A stretch of 64,000 nt of DNA from IMG/VR virus record IMGVR_UViG_3300033144_006696, positions 59,867 to 123,866 of that record; one strand, 5' to 3'. Source of the stretch: a virus. The notes beneath the pieces were generated by a model. It ran no database searches, had not been told where the DNA came from, and saw only the letters and a program-made list of their open reading frames with translations. Numbering within the stretch: position 1 is the first letter of the stretch; the number at the start of each line of letters is the position of its first letter. A program made the position numbers and the translations under genes. This document shows positions 30,295 to 40,439 of the stretch, one piece after another.

Positions 30295-30349
30295 CTAAAA
30301 TGTCCTCTTAATAGTATTATTGCATAGATTTGTAAGATTCACAAGAGAA

Positions 30350-31666
30350 TTAACGATTTAACATATCTTTCAATGTATCAGCATGATCTTTATCGAACCG
30401 AAATTCAAGTGAATCAATCTTACCCTGTGATTTCTTTCTTCTTGGCAAGTAAAGTGAATAGCATTTTGAAGATTTATCCTTGATTAGTCCCTCATAATCA
30501 ACTGAAATAATTTTACCAATATGCTCATCCCAATCCATTGCTCTCATTTCGTCTGAAAATCCAGAAATACTTACTTTCACTTTACCATCTTCTGATTCAA
30601 CCAATACAGCACCCATCATTTCAGAAAATCTTGTATCTTCTTTACCATATTTCCACCCCACAACCCTCATTTCTGCTGTGTCTATATTTTTTAATTTAAC
30701 CATATCAGGAGAATTGTGGAACTTCCATTTACCATTATAATTCTTTATGATGGCACCTTCACGATTAGTTGCTCTCATTCTATCATAAAACTCCCGAGCT
30801 TCTTCATAATTTTGTACAATTTCAGTTTCAATAGCAGTAAACAAATCATTATTAATATGGTGCACAATATTTTTTATTTTTCCCCATCTTTCAATATAGG
30901 AAACATTGAACACTTCTTCAAAGAAGGCTTTTTCACTTATACAATCCCATACTTTACAAATTATATTTTTTGCATCTTTAAGATCAGCAGTACCTTGTAA
31001 ACAAGAATTTAAGATTCCATTCCCTGTTTTTCTATCAAGAATTTTACCATTTTTTTTAACAAGCAATTCACCATGAATCATTAAATGTTGTGGAAAATCT
31101 TTAAATAGTTCAGTAATATGTTCTATTTGGTGAATTGCTTTCCAATTTCTTGTTCTTGCCTCGCATTTGCTTGTTGAAAAATTTACAAAACATCCATCAG
31201 CTTTTTCTTGGACAAGTGCAGGATATTTTATATTATTGATCTTTTTTGAAGTGCTACAACGCATATACGGAGCCGAGAAAACAGTATTTGGTTTTGCTTT
31301 ATTTATGGACTTCACCCCAAAGCCACATTTACAATCTTTCACAACAATCATTTTTACAATATCGTAAGTTTTTTGATCAATACTTGCCAATTGCACAAGC
31401 ATTGCTTTATCTAAATTAGTAGTTCCTTTTTGTGTTGCCAGAAGTTCCAGTAAATCAAACAATTCCTTATTCCCTTTGGTGTGAAATCCTCTCTTCATTG
31501 GAGGCATTTTCTTAATACCATATTGGTAATTTGAATCATAAATAAATTTAATAACTCTTAGAAAAGTTTCATCCTCAAGAAATTCTTTAAGTTTATCAAT
31601 CTTGTCATTGGTCCCTGGTGTATTTTTAATTTCCATTAAGAAATCGTAATGCTCTTTTAAACTCAT
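30350..31666 (-). CDS. ATP-dependent DNA ligase
   Basis: VQEKADG adenylation motif, HGEL, EGAIIK, VKLK, OB-fold LYLPR. Confidence 0.92.
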   Translation of the reverse strand: MSLKEHYDFLMEIKNTPGTNDKIDKLKEFLEDETFLRVIKFIYDSNYQYGIKKMPPMKRGFHTKGNKELFDLLELLATQKGTTNLDKAMLVQLASIDQKTYDIVKMIVVKDCKCGFGVKSINKAKPNTVFSAPYMRCSTSKKINNIKYPALVQEKADGCFVNFSTSKCEARTRNWKAIHQIEHITELFKDFPQHLMIHGELLVKKNGKILDRKTGNGILNSCLQGTADLKDAKNIICKVWDCISEKAFFEEVFNVSYIERWGKIKNIVHHINNDLFTAIETEIVQNYEEAREFYDRMRATNREGAIIKNYNGKWKFHNSPDMVKLKNIDTAEMRVVGWKYGKEDTRFSEMMGAVLVESEDGKVKVSISGFSDEMRAMDWDEHIGKIISVDYEGLIKDKSSKCYSLYLPRRKKSQGKIDSLEFRFDKDHADTLKDMLNR

Positions 31667-31674
31667 AATTCTCC

Positions 31675-32145
31675 TTATTTCCAGTTAAATTTCCATTCAG
31701 TGAAGTTTTTGCAAGAAACAATATTACCAATCTCTGAAAATAATGCTATTGTATCCAGATCTGGGTATAATCCTGAATAAACAATTCTTTTTGGTTTTAT
31801 TCCCAAAAGCATCTTTGCACAGATAATACAGGGAGAATGTGTAATATAAATATCACAACCTTTTATATTGACACCTGTGATTGCTGCTTGAATAATGAGG
31901 TTTTGTTCTGCATGATCAGCAAAACATTTCTCATGCTGCTTTCCTGATGGAATATTCTGTTCATCTCTTAGACAACCACCCCTATCTTCACAATGCATTA
32001 TATTGGGTGGCGCACCATTGAAACCAGTGGCAAGACATCGTTTATCTCTCACAGCAACAGCCCCTACATTACGACGTAGACAGGTAGATCTGGTAGCAAC
32101 TAATTGTGTTTGTTTTATCCAATACTCATCCCAAGACTCTCTCAT
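31675..32145 (-). CDS. dCMP deaminase
   Basis: RSTCLRRNVGAV, TGFNGAP, HAEQN, PCIICAK. Confidence 0.93.
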   Translation of the reverse strand: MRESWDEYWIKQTQLVATRSTCLRRNVGAVAVRDKRCLATGFNGAPPNIMHCEDRGGCLRDEQNIPSGKQHEKCFADHAEQNLIIQAAITGVNIKGCDIYITHSPCIICAKMLLGIKPKRIVYSGLYPDLDTIALFSEIGNIVSCKNFTEWKFNWK

Positions 32146-32864
32146 TTGAATTCCGCCTTTAGTTTATTGCAAAACCATACTTGACCTAAAGGAGTTATCA
32201 TGATTCTTTTTGAAAGACGAATACCAAAAGAAGTATGATATGTCGTTTCTACAACAATAAGGAATTGTCTTTCTATTATGTGCTGATAGGGTAAATTGTT
32301 ATCCATGATATATTTTTGAGTACGCATCCATTTATAAAGACGATTCCTACCAATAGGGATAAATTGGTCTTTAACCAATTTTGCAAATGTCTCGAAATCA
32401 ATTGCATCATTACTCTTTGTAACTTGTTCTGCAAATTCAACTAATGGACGATCTTCTTTTATCTTTTCTTCTAATATTTCATTTTTTTCAATTTCATCAG
32501 CAAGTTGTCTGAGATGTTCAGAATAAGTTTTTTTAGTAAATGAATATGATCCAGTTTTTCTGATTGTAGGCAAAACTTCATCAGTTACCCAATCTTGAAA
32601 ATCTACAGCACTTGGAAGATGTGAACGCATAATCAATCTATATAAATCTTTTTCATTAATAATCTGTATTCCCCTTGGAGGAACTTCAAATGGAAATTTC
32701 AGAGACTCCGCAATGTCTTGTTTGAGTATTTTCAAATACTTACAATGCATTCTGATAGCTTTTCCAGTGTCTTTGTATCCAAGTTTATCTGCTACTTCTC
32801 TTCCAATAAACCAAACATCATTGTCATCAGAAATGACTGTTAAACTACCAAATAGATCATGCAT
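32142..32864 (-). CDS. BRO-N plus ANT antirepressor, second copy
   Basis: WFIGREVADKLGY, INEKDLYRLI, EVLPTIRKTGSY; probable true start near 32936 with a frameshift at A7 32922-32928. Confidence 0.85.
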   Translation of the reverse strand: MHDLFGSLTVISDDNDVWFIGREVADKLGYKDTGKAIRMHCKYLKILKQDIAESLKFPFEVPPRGIQIINEKDLYRLIMRSHLPSAVDFQDWVTDEVLPTIRKTGSYSFTKKTYSEHLRQLADEIEKNEILEEKIKEDRPLVEFAEQVTKSNDAIDFETFAKLVKDQFIPIGRNRLYKWMRTQKYIMDNNLPYQHIIERQFLIVVETTYHTSFGIRLSKRIMITPLGQVWFCNKLKAEFK

Positions 32865-32964
32865 AAATTCTTTAACTTCTGCGGATTTTGTAAATTTTGC
32901 TGGTGATGTAATTCTCTGTAATTTTTTTATTTTTCATTCTCCTTTAAATACTTCTTAATAGTTT

Positions 32965-33129
32965 TCAACTAAATTTCCATTTCATAAAGTTTTTGTTTGT
33001 CATAATTAATTTACTAACTTCAGATAATAAATCAATTGAATCAGCATCTATGCTACGATGTAAACATGTAGATCTGGCAGTAACCAATCGTGTTTGTTTT
33101 AACCAATATTCATCCCAAGATTCTCTCAT
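32965..33129 (-). CDS. internally deleted dCMP deaminase mini-copy (54 aa)
   Basis: MRESWDEYWLKQTRLVTARSTCLHR joined to DADSIDLLSEV...FMKWKFS; GGAG SD. Confidence 0.7.
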   Translation of the reverse strand: MRESWDEYWLKQTRLVTARSTCLHRSIDADSIDLLSEVSKLIMTNKNFMKWKFS

Positions 33130-33140
33130 TTTTCTCCATG

Positions 33141-33335
33141 TTATTCAGGAACATTGTACATTATGCATTCTTTTACATCTGCAAGAGGGACCATCTTCAT
33201 AATTCCTTTTCCAATCCAAAATACAACTCTATCATTCTGACCAAAAGACGCATATGGGATTTTCTTTTTTTCATAAACTGTACCATTTTTCATTTTAATT
33301 GTAATTGTTATTTCTTCATTCATCGTTTTTTCCAT
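33141..33335 (-). CDS. hypothetical protein
   Basis: ORF; start uncertain. Confidence 0.5.
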   Translation of the reverse strand: MEKTMNEEITITIKMKNGTVYEKKKIPYASFGQNDRVVFWIGKGIMKMVPLADVKECIMYNVPE

Positions 33336-33785
33336 TCTCCTTTTTTAAATAATTCCATTCGTCTGTAAAATTCAACTTGATATTCTTTTTCATCACCAAA
33401 ACAAGGAGCACATAGTACAGACATACATGATCTGTTATTTGATCTCGTTGATCAGTGTCATCATATCCTCCTTCAACTATTTCAAGGAGTAGATCAGAAG
33501 GAAGACCACTTTCTTTTACCTGTTCTGGTGTAAACTCAAACCCCCAAACATTTTGTTACTTCTTTCCATTTTTCATCAGAGATTATTTTCATCAATTTTG
33601 TATTCACATCTTTAAGAAACAATTTATACCTCCTTCAGTTTATGTACTTGTTTTTCAAGACATTCAATTTTTTCTGGAATTCTAAATACATCAATTTTTG
33701 ATTTGTATTTTAAATGGGCTATTTCATTATAAGTCAGAAACATTCCAGCATGAGGGCGTCTATGAATTGAAATCTTGTAGTTTTT

Positions 33786-33926
33786 TCATTTTTCATTTTT
33801 TTTTAAATATTTTTTAATAGTTTTTAATAAAACTTCTGTCATGGTCGTTCCATTTTTTAATGCTGCAATTCTAAATCGCAATCTAAGATCAGATGGAATT
33901 TTTATTGTAATTGTAGGTGATTTCAT
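33786..33926 (-). CDS. ribbon-helix-helix regulator (46 aa)
   Basis: Read manually: MKSPTITIKIPSDLRLRFRIAALKNGTTMTEVLLKTIKKYL. Confidence 0.75.
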   Translation of the reverse strand: MKSPTITIKIPSDLRLRFRIAALKNGTTMTEVLLKTIKKYLKKNEK

Positions 33927-33946
33927 TGTAATTTCCTTTTATTACG

Positions 33947-33996
33947 CTAACACTGCTATAATATCTATTAATAGCAGTGTTAGTATGCAATGTCAA
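33947..33996 (-). promoter_or_regulatory. promoter with overlapping 13-bp operator palindrome
   Basis: TTGACA at 33991-33996, weak -10 TATTAA; CTAACACTGCTAT-11-ATAGCAGTGTTAG. Confidence 0.65.
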
Positions 33997-34064
33997 GCGA
34001 ATTTTTATAAAAAAAGCTAATATAATATAAAAGTGTATTAGTTTTAAAAAGTACATAAGTCATT

Positions 34065-34349
34065 TTACTTTTTTAGTGTCAAAACTGCTTCAGATTTTAA
34101 TGTGATTGGTGCTATTGGTTCAGGTAATGAATCAATAGAAATACTTATTGGATTATTATTTTTCAATTTTAATGGGTATTTAATATTGCCTTTTTTCAAT
34201 TGAAATATTGCAGGAAAAAGTACTTCTGCATAATTCAAATGTAAATTGTGTGTTCTGAAACTTATAGAATCCATGCTTCTTGTAATTGTGTAATCTTGAA
34301 AATACATATTTCTCTCAACATTGATAGTAAATATATTGACATCTTTCAT
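34065..34349 (-). CDS. hypothetical protein
   Basis: AAGGA SD. Confidence 0.5.
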   Translation of the reverse strand: MKDVNIFTINVERNMYFQDYTITRSMDSISFRTHNLHLNYAEVLFPAIFQLKKGNIKYPLKLKNNNPISISIDSLPEPIAPITLKSEAVLTLKK

Positions 34350-34350
34350 T

Positions 34351-34899
34351 TTACTTTCCTTTTAAAAATGAAGGTTTTAATTTAAATTCTTCATAGAATT
34401 TTTTGAGAGTTTTTGAAAGTTTTTTACCATTTTTTTCATCTTGTGCATTATAAATAAAACAAGAAGGAATTTTTCTATTTGAATAATTTACTTGAAAAAG
34501 CTTCATGAGTTTTTTAACACTGGTCTTTTTTAATCGTTTGGGTTTAGGAGCTTCAGAAGGATGAAGATATTGAAGATGAGTTAAAGGTGGATTTTCAATA
34601 AAATCTGCCAGATTTCTAAGAAATTCAGGAAGTGAAATATTAAATTTATGCAGTCCTACCCTGATATATGAATTGGCTATCTTACCTTCTATTGAATTAG
34701 AAGCTCTATGAATTACACCACGAATTAATCCAATTTCATTAGGTTTTCCAAGATTTTTTGCATTATTAGCATGCTGATGATCTACCACCATATCTTCTAC
34801 AGGAAATTTCATTTTGAGAATAGGGCATATTCCATTTTGTTTTTTATGAAAAAATGCCCTAATCTTTTTTAAATCTTTTTGTTTAAGTTGTTTTGACAT
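34351..34899 (-). CDS. recombination endonuclease VII-like Holliday junction resolvase
   Basis: QNGICPI, VVDHQH, IRGVIHRASNSIEGK, YLHP. Confidence 0.85.
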   Translation of the reverse strand: MSKQLKQKDLKKIRAFFHKKQNGICPILKMKFPVEDMVVDHQHANNAKNLGKPNEIGLIRGVIHRASNSIEGKIANSYIRVGLHKFNISLPEFLRNLADFIENPPLTHLQYLHPSEAPKPKRLKKTSVKKLMKLFQVNYSNRKIPSCFIYNAQDEKNGKKLSKTLKKFYEEFKLKPSFLKGK

Positions 34900-34983
34900 A
34901 TTTATTCTTTTGCATTAAAAATAACGTCTAACGCTTGTTTAATCTTCTGCCCACTGTATGACGTAGGTACCATATTAAAAGCT

Positions 34984-35136
34984 TCACAGAGGAGAAATAA
35001 AGCTTCTTTTTTTTGGAGATAATGAATCAATCATGCATCTCTTATTTCTACATTTAGGACACATAGATAAATCTTGTTTATTAAATCTGATAAAACCACA
35101 TATAGTACATCGACAATGCTTTTTTTTATCTGTCAT
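34984..35136 (-). CDS. small zinc-ribbon protein
   Basis: CTIC...CPKC. Confidence 0.5.
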   Translation of the reverse strand: MTDKKKHCRCTICGFIRFNKQDLSMCPKCRNKRCMIDSLSPKKRSFISPL

Positions 35137-35320
35137 AATAATCCTCAATAAGTTCTTCACCAGTTTCAATAATAAAACCAATATCTCCACATGTACATTG
35201 TATTTCTTTAAGAAGTACATGCTCAGGTCTGATTGCCATCCATCTATATAAACATTTTAAGCAAATAACTTCAGACAGTTTGTGAGACATATTGGTTTCA
35301 ATAGGTACTATATCTGCCAT
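35126..35320 (-). CDS. small zinc-ribbon protein
   Basis: CLKCLYRW...CTCG. Confidence 0.6.
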   Translation of the reverse strand: MADIVPIETNMSHKLSEVICLKCLYRWMAIRPEHVLLKEIQCTCGDIGFIIETGEELIEDYYDR

Positions 35321-35757
35321 TATTTCAATCCTTTATTTTTCTTTTTAAAAACCCAATTGAATTTCTTTTTTGACCATTTAGCAACTGCTTTAACAGAACT
35401 ATCTGAACTTATCTCCCAGACAAAATCACCATCATCACCAATTTCATCAAGAGCTTGATCCATAATGTCAAATATTCCAGCACTATATGTTGAAAATTCT
35501 CTTCCCATTTCATTGCCAATTGCATACTTTTTAATACTGTATCGCAACTTCTCTATTGATGGTGATGGTAATGGGCCAATCCAACCAAAAATAACTTTCT
35601 TGTAAGGTTGATCAGATCCAGGCCGACTCCATTTATTATCAGAAGACCAGACCAATAATTCCTTCTTAGGATAGGGAGCATTGCCAATATCAGAATAAAC
35701 CACATAAGTACCTATTTTAGTTGGATATCCTGTTCTGATATTAATTTTCATATTCAT
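35320..35757 (-). CDS. hypothetical protein
   Basis: GWIGPLP motif; packed operon. Confidence 0.55.
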   Translation of the reverse strand: MNMKINIRTGYPTKIGTYVVYSDIGNAPYPKKELLVWSSDNKWSRPGSDQPYKKVIFGWIGPLPSPSIEKLRYSIKKYAIGNEMGREFSTYSAGIFDIMDQALDEIGDDGDFVWEISSDSSVKAVAKWSKKKFNWVFKKKNKGLK

Positions 35758-35926
35758 TCTTATTCTTCAATGCTCTATCGCTATAATCTCGATATACTTT
35801 ATTTCCACATCTAAAACAATAGCAAGGAGATGTTTTTGAAGATCTTGCTGTATCATAGCTACATTTTGTACATGGTTTATACCATCTATCATAATCTTTT
35901 AGCTTATATGTCTTTTTATTATTCAT
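35741..35926 (-). CDS. small zinc-ribbon protein
   Basis: CTKC...CFRC; GAGG SD. Confidence 0.55.
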   Translation of the reverse strand: MNNKKTYKLKDYDRWYKPCTKCSYDTARSSKTSPCYCFRCGNKVYRDYSDRALKNKNEYEN

Positions 35927-35930
35927 TATT

Positions 35931-37940
35931 TTACCTCAACTTTAATGATTTACACCAAAAATCAATATCTGAAAGAATTGCTTTAAAATTATACTTTTCT
36001 GCAATCCTGATTAATCCTTTCTTTTTCAATCTATCAGGGCGAATAGAATATTTTGGTGTGCCTCTGAATGGTAATATTACCAATGCTTTATTACGATTTA
36101 TTACGTCCTTACCGCGTCGACTTTCAATTGCTTTATAAGCTTGTGTTGTTGGTTTCATTTTTCCAGTAATGTAATTGAGCGCACCTTTTTCGGCCACGTG
36201 TCTTTGTTTTTTTGTTGGATCTGATTGTGGGATTGGGACACCTTTGACATTATCAGAAACGCAATTACTACTCCATGCAACAGTACCATTTCTTCTGATC
36301 AATATTGTATGATGTGGTTCTGTAGTAATGTCATATACAAAGTCATTAAAAGGTATTTTTGTTATTGTTTTTTTCATGATATTTGCATTTTTTGATTTAT
36401 TAATTTTTAAATGATAATTTGTAGAACTTACTCCAGATTTTCCCCTAATATTCCATTCTCTTCCATCTCTTTTTATAATTTTTGTAGCATGACCAAGTTT
36501 AATTGCAATTTCTTGAACATCATCAATTAATTTTTTACTACTGGAAAAATAAGAAATTCTTTCAGTTATTCCTTCTTTTCCAAAAACATTATACTCTTCT
36601 ATTGAAACACAGCCATCACCAGATATTAATGAATTAAATAAAATTTGCAATTGTTCCCGTGATAAATTAAGAAATTCTCTTGGTATATATTTTTCTTTTG
36701 CTTTTCCTAATTGATTTAAATATTCAGCCAATTGAACATTATCAGTTCTCCATCCTTTTTTACCTCTACACCAATTCCAAGGGGTTGCAAATAATATTGG
36801 TGTAAAGAAATCTAATTTTCGTTTTTTACATGCTGATATTCCTATTGTCCCTATATTACCATTTCTATTTTTAGAAACATGACCATCAGCAAGATATATG
36901 CCCAAAAAAGATAACCATATATCCATATCTATTTCAACGGGGTCAAATTTTCTTGTTGATATAAATTTTCCTCTTATTTTACAATTAGTTTCCCATTGGA
37001 TAGTGATTTCAGGAAGTAAAAATTTATCTTTTTTTATTCCATTCCAATCTGATGTGAGTGGTATTGTAAAATTTTTATATTTAACAATTTCTTGAATCTC
37101 TTTAAAGGTAATTATACTTTTTGATTTTTTTGTTGGATATGCTTGTGTAGTACTGCCAAAGAATTTATGATTTGGAGTTACAACAAAATCTATTAATCTT
37201 CCTTTTATCTTATACATTTCTCCTTTATAAATATATTTAATTCGTTTTGTTATTTTTTCATAAGAAGCATTTCTTGAAAGAGGGTCCATACTATATACTT
37301 TGTCTGATTTTTTAATACTTGGAAATTGAATCCATCCTCTATCAGTTAAAATTTCTGTTTTTTTATCAAAGCATCCGCCAATTGCCTTAATCCTTTTCCA
37401 CATCTTTGGTTCAATGTTGTATTTATTTTCAAAGTCAGTTATGGAAAAGAATGCATCAGTTTTTGCATTTAAAATGCAGATATTGTTGGTTATAATTTGA
37501 TATAGATCATGGTCAGTTGTACATATTACTATTTGATTATCTGAATATGATTTGCAAATTCTACCAATAATGTCGTCTGATTCAAAACCATCTTCACCAA
37601 ACATATTCATACACCCAAGAGTAGGTAATACATAATTAATTATTTCATCAAATTGAGGGTATGCAAGAGCATCAAGACGTTTTTGTTCTTCTGTCTTATT
37701 CACATAGCTTCTATTCTCTTTATACTGAGCGTATATTTGCTTCCTGAGTGATGTTTTGCTATCAAGACCCCATACAATTACATTTGCTTTTGATTTCTTT
37801 ATCAGAGCGTTTAATTTAAACAAAAATCCATAAATAATGAAAGTCTTTTCATCAGCTTTTGTTAATCTTCCTTTTCCAATACTGTATTTTAATTGATGCA
37901 ATAATGAAAGAGTATCAATTAATAAAATTCGTTTAAACAT
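35931..37940 (-). CDS. 5'-3' exonuclease (T5 D15/FEN-like) containing an intein
   Basis: LLIDT, WGLDSKTSLRKQIYAQYKENR, FESDDIIG, TTDHDLYQ; H3TH motif GG|CVSDNVKGV split by the intein. Confidence 0.88.
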   Translation of the reverse strand: MFKRILLIDTLSLLHQLKYSIGKGRLTKADEKTFIIYGFLFKLNALIKKSKANVIVWGLDSKTSLRKQIYAQYKENRSYVNKTEEQKRLDALAYPQFDEIINYVLPTLGCMNMFGEDGFESDDIIGRICKSYSDNQIVICTTDHDLYQIITNNICILNAKTDAFFSITDFENKYNIEPKMWKRIKAIGGCFDKKTEILTDRGWIQFPSIKKSDKVYSMDPLSRNASYEKITKRIKYIYKGEMYKIKGRLIDFVVTPNHKFFGSTTQAYPTKKSKSIITFKEIQEIVKYKNFTIPLTSDWNGIKKDKFLLPEITIQWETNCKIRGKFISTRKFDPVEIDMDIWLSFLGIYLADGHVSKNRNGNIGTIGISACKKRKLDFFTPILFATPWNWCRGKKGWRTDNVQLAEYLNQLGKAKEKYIPREFLNLSREQLQILFNSLISGDGCVSIEEYNVFGKEGITERISYFSSSKKLIDDVQEIAIKLGHATKIIKRDGREWNIRGKSGVSSTNYHLKINKSKNANIMKKTITKIPFNDFVYDITTEPHHTILIRRNGTVAWSSNCVSDNVKGVPIPQSDPTKKQRHVAEKGALNYITGKMKPTTQAYKAIESRRGKDVINRNKALVILPFRGTPKYSIRPDRLKKKGLIRIAEKYNFKAILSDIDFWCKSLKLR
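36264..37373 (-). mobile_element. intein (370 aa) with LAGLIDADG endonuclease
   Basis: C1 CFDKKTEILT; block B VTPNH; FLGIYLADG and LISGDG; ends WSSN followed by Cys+1. Confidence 0.9.
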
Positions 37941-38022
37941 TTTGAATATTTTCCTTTACATATTCTATATTTTATACTATGAGCCATTGACGCAAGATCG
38001 AGTATCAGTATTCTTGGGTGAA

Positions 38023-38529
38023 TCATAAATGTTTCTCTACTATTGCAATAGTACAATGTTGTGCGCCACCATGTGCAAAAACACACATTTTTAATAATTT
38101 ATACCCTCTCTTTTTGCCAAGAAAAGAGGAATGATAACCAAATGAAATTATATTCGCATTTTTAGTTATTATATCTGGCAATACATCAGCTATTCTTTTA
38201 AATCTACTACTATAATTTCCCTTATACATCTCTATTGCCTTCCTAAAAGAATATGGTGGATCAAGTATTACTGTGCTGAATTTTTTATTGTTGTGTTTAT
38301 TTTTCCAAAATTTAATAAAATCTAATGCATCATATTGATATTTTGCATTTACAATTATATCAATATCATTTCGTATTTCTTTTATATTTAATTTTGTTTT
38401 TCCAGCAAATAAGTTAAGAGTAATTCCATTTTTATTACATTGATCTTCTGTCCATTTTTTTATTTTTTTATTCTCAAAAGTATATCTTCTTAGATTTGTT
38501 TTTATTAATTTAATTTTTGTATTCGGCAT
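38023..38529 (-). CDS. short amino-methyltransferase-like protein
   Basis: LNLFAG motif I and ILDPPYS motif IV. Confidence 0.7.
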   Translation of the reverse strand: MPNTKIKLIKTNLRRYTFENKKIKKWTEDQCNKNGITLNLFAGKTKLNIKEIRNDIDIIVNAKYQYDALDFIKFWKNKHNNKKFSTVILDPPYSFRKAIEMYKGNYSSRFKRIADVLPDIITKNANIISFGYHSSFLGKKRGYKLLKMCVFAHGGAQHCTIAIVEKHL

Positions 38530-38621
38530 TTCTTAACCTATGAAAAAGGGGCACTCAAAATGAGTGTCCCTTTTATTTACTCAATAATGGCTTTAGCCAT
38601 GTTATTTATCAAACTGTATCA

Positions 38622-39275
38622 TTAGTCATCTTCCCATTCTGAGTCATCCCATTCATCCGTACCATCACTACTGTCTTCACTGCTGTCGGTAGAATCATCT
38701 TCTTCAAACAATGCATCAATCACAGCAAGACGGAGATCATTGATCTTTTTATGATCTTTGTGATCAAGATCATTAATACCTTCTGTTTCGATGAGTTCAG
38801 CCAGTTCCTTACGTTTCATGACCATGATTTTTTCTTCTGAAATTTCATCTTTCTCATCAGGGGTATCTTCAGGTTCGGACTCTTTGTGTTCTAGTTCATC
38901 ATCAGAAGTATCTTCAGATTTGGACTCTTTGGGTTCCGATTCATCATCAGGGGTATCTTCAGGTTCCTGTGCATCACCATCAACCACATCTTCATATGGT
39001 TTGAGTTTTTCATCAACTTTTGCTTCAACAGTTTCAAAGATCGTATCCAGTGCAGCATTGACATCAGCATCAGCAGAGATTTGTTCTGTAACAGAAAATT
39101 CAATACGAGTGGATTCAAAATCACCGAGATTAACGGTTCTGGATTGTACAGCACAGATTGTTTTCATTGGGATTTGTTTGATCATTTTTTCTTCCTTTTG
39201 TGTTTCTGTTTTTTTGGGAGTTTCTATTTTTTTGTCAACGCTTGTTGGTGTTGTTCTAACTTTTCTTTTAGCCAT
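38622..39275 (-). CDS. highly acidic protein
   Basis: TVNLGDFESTRIEF domain followed by a D/E-rich repetitive tail. Confidence 0.7.
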   Translation of the reverse strand: MAKRKVRTTPTSVDKKIETPKKTETQKEEKMIKQIPMKTICAVQSRTVNLGDFESTRIEFSVTEQISADADVNAALDTIFETVEAKVDEKLKPYEDVVDGDAQEPEDTPDDESEPKESKSEDTSDDELEHKESEPEDTPDEKDEISEEKIMVMKRKELAELIETEGINDLDHKDHKKINDLRLAVIDALFEEDDSTDSSEDSSDGTDEWDDSEWEDD

Positions 39276-39277
39276 TC

Positions 39278-40429
39278 TTAATATTTCCTTTTTCTTTGAG
39301 GTCGTAATTTTTCCATAATGGAATCATATGTTTCTTGACAAATTTGGAACAAATCATCTTCTAAATTATTATTTTCAATATACAAAATAAGTTGTGCTTT
39401 ATTGGTACCTTTTTTCTCTTTCTTCTTGCTGTCAAGAGAATTTGGGGCAAATCCATTTGTGTTGACTACGCCTTTTGCATCTGTCCAATTACCTTCATCA
39501 CATATAAAATTAATGCATCCAACAATATTATCGACTCCATAATCAAATAGAATTGGAAAGTAAGCTTCTCCATGTCTACCAGTCAATTTGTTTTTTGTTA
39601 TTTTTGCAATAACATTGGTTACTACTGTACGTTTGCCTTTTTTTTCCTTCTTTTCACAAGCAAGCCAAATTTCATGAGCAGCATAGAACCTCAATGCTTT
39701 TCCACCTGATCTTACTTTTGGAGTAAACTTTGCACCAAATCCAATGTTGTCTCTTGTCTGAGAAATAATTATAAGTAATGACCCATGGTCTGATAAATCT
39801 TGGATTCGCTGAGAAAACATTTCTGATGCCTTCTTTGCTTTTCCATCACCATAACTACCATCAGTTTTATTTCCCTTTTCTCTTTTAGTTCTATTTTCTG
39901 AATCTTTTTTTATTGCAGCTTCAGAAGTAAGACCATCAAAAGAATCTAATATGTAAATAAACTTTTTATCATCTTCTAAAGCTCTGGCAAGATTATCATT
40001 GAACTCTTCAATGGTTTTACTTCTGATAGTTTGGTCAATTCGATCATTAACTTTATTACCAAAAAGATAAGGAAGATCAAATTCATTTGCAGCTTCAACA
40101 TCATCATAAATGAATTCAAAATCATCAAATCTTTCTTGTAATGAACATTCAGCAAATGTAGTCAGCGCAAATAGGGTTTTACCCGCAGAACTATCACCTA
40201 TTATATTGATAAGTTTACCTAATGCAAATGCACCTTCAATTCTACTAGAACATTCAAGATTAAAAGTAATTGATCCAGTTGGAACAAGTTTAGCAGGATC
40301 AATCTTCATACTTGATGATGAAGTTTTTTGCTTAAATGATTTTGAAAGTTGTTTTTCAATCTTACTTACACCTTTTGTAATATTCTTGACAACTTTTTTA
40401 TCAGTATCTATCTTTTTGATTCGTTTCAT
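39278..40429 (-). CDS. recA: RecA/UvsX-like recombinase
   Basis: GDSSAGKT Walker A, YILDSF, IISQTRDNIG, SGGKALRFYA, KITKNK. Confidence 0.9.
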   Translation of the reverse strand: MKRIKKIDTDKKVVKNITKGVSKIEKQLSKSFKQKTSSSSMKIDPAKLVPTGSITFNLECSSRIEGAFALGKLINIIGDSSAGKTLFALTTFAECSLQERFDDFEFIYDDVEAANEFDLPYLFGNKVNDRIDQTIRSKTIEEFNDNLARALEDDKKFIYILDSFDGLTSEAAIKKDSENRTKREKGNKTDGSYGDGKAKKASEMFSQRIQDLSDHGSLLIIISQTRDNIGFGAKFTPKVRSGGKALRFYAAHEIWLACEKKEKKGKRTVVTNVIAKITKNKLTGRHGEAYFPILFDYGVDNIVGCINFICDEGNWTDAKGVVNTNGFAPNSLDSKKKEKKGTNKAQLILYIENNNLEDDLFQICQETYDSIMEKLRPQRKRKY

Positions 40430-40439
40430 TTAGATATCC

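Noticed and set aside
11966-33545. Programmed frameshifting at homopolymers (11966-11971, 13159-13165, 16041-16047, 32922-32928, 33541-33545)
   Set aside because: Shifts go in both directions, lack canonical slippery-site phasing and cluster in homopolymers; sequencing or assembly indels or decay are more likely. Raw reads would decide
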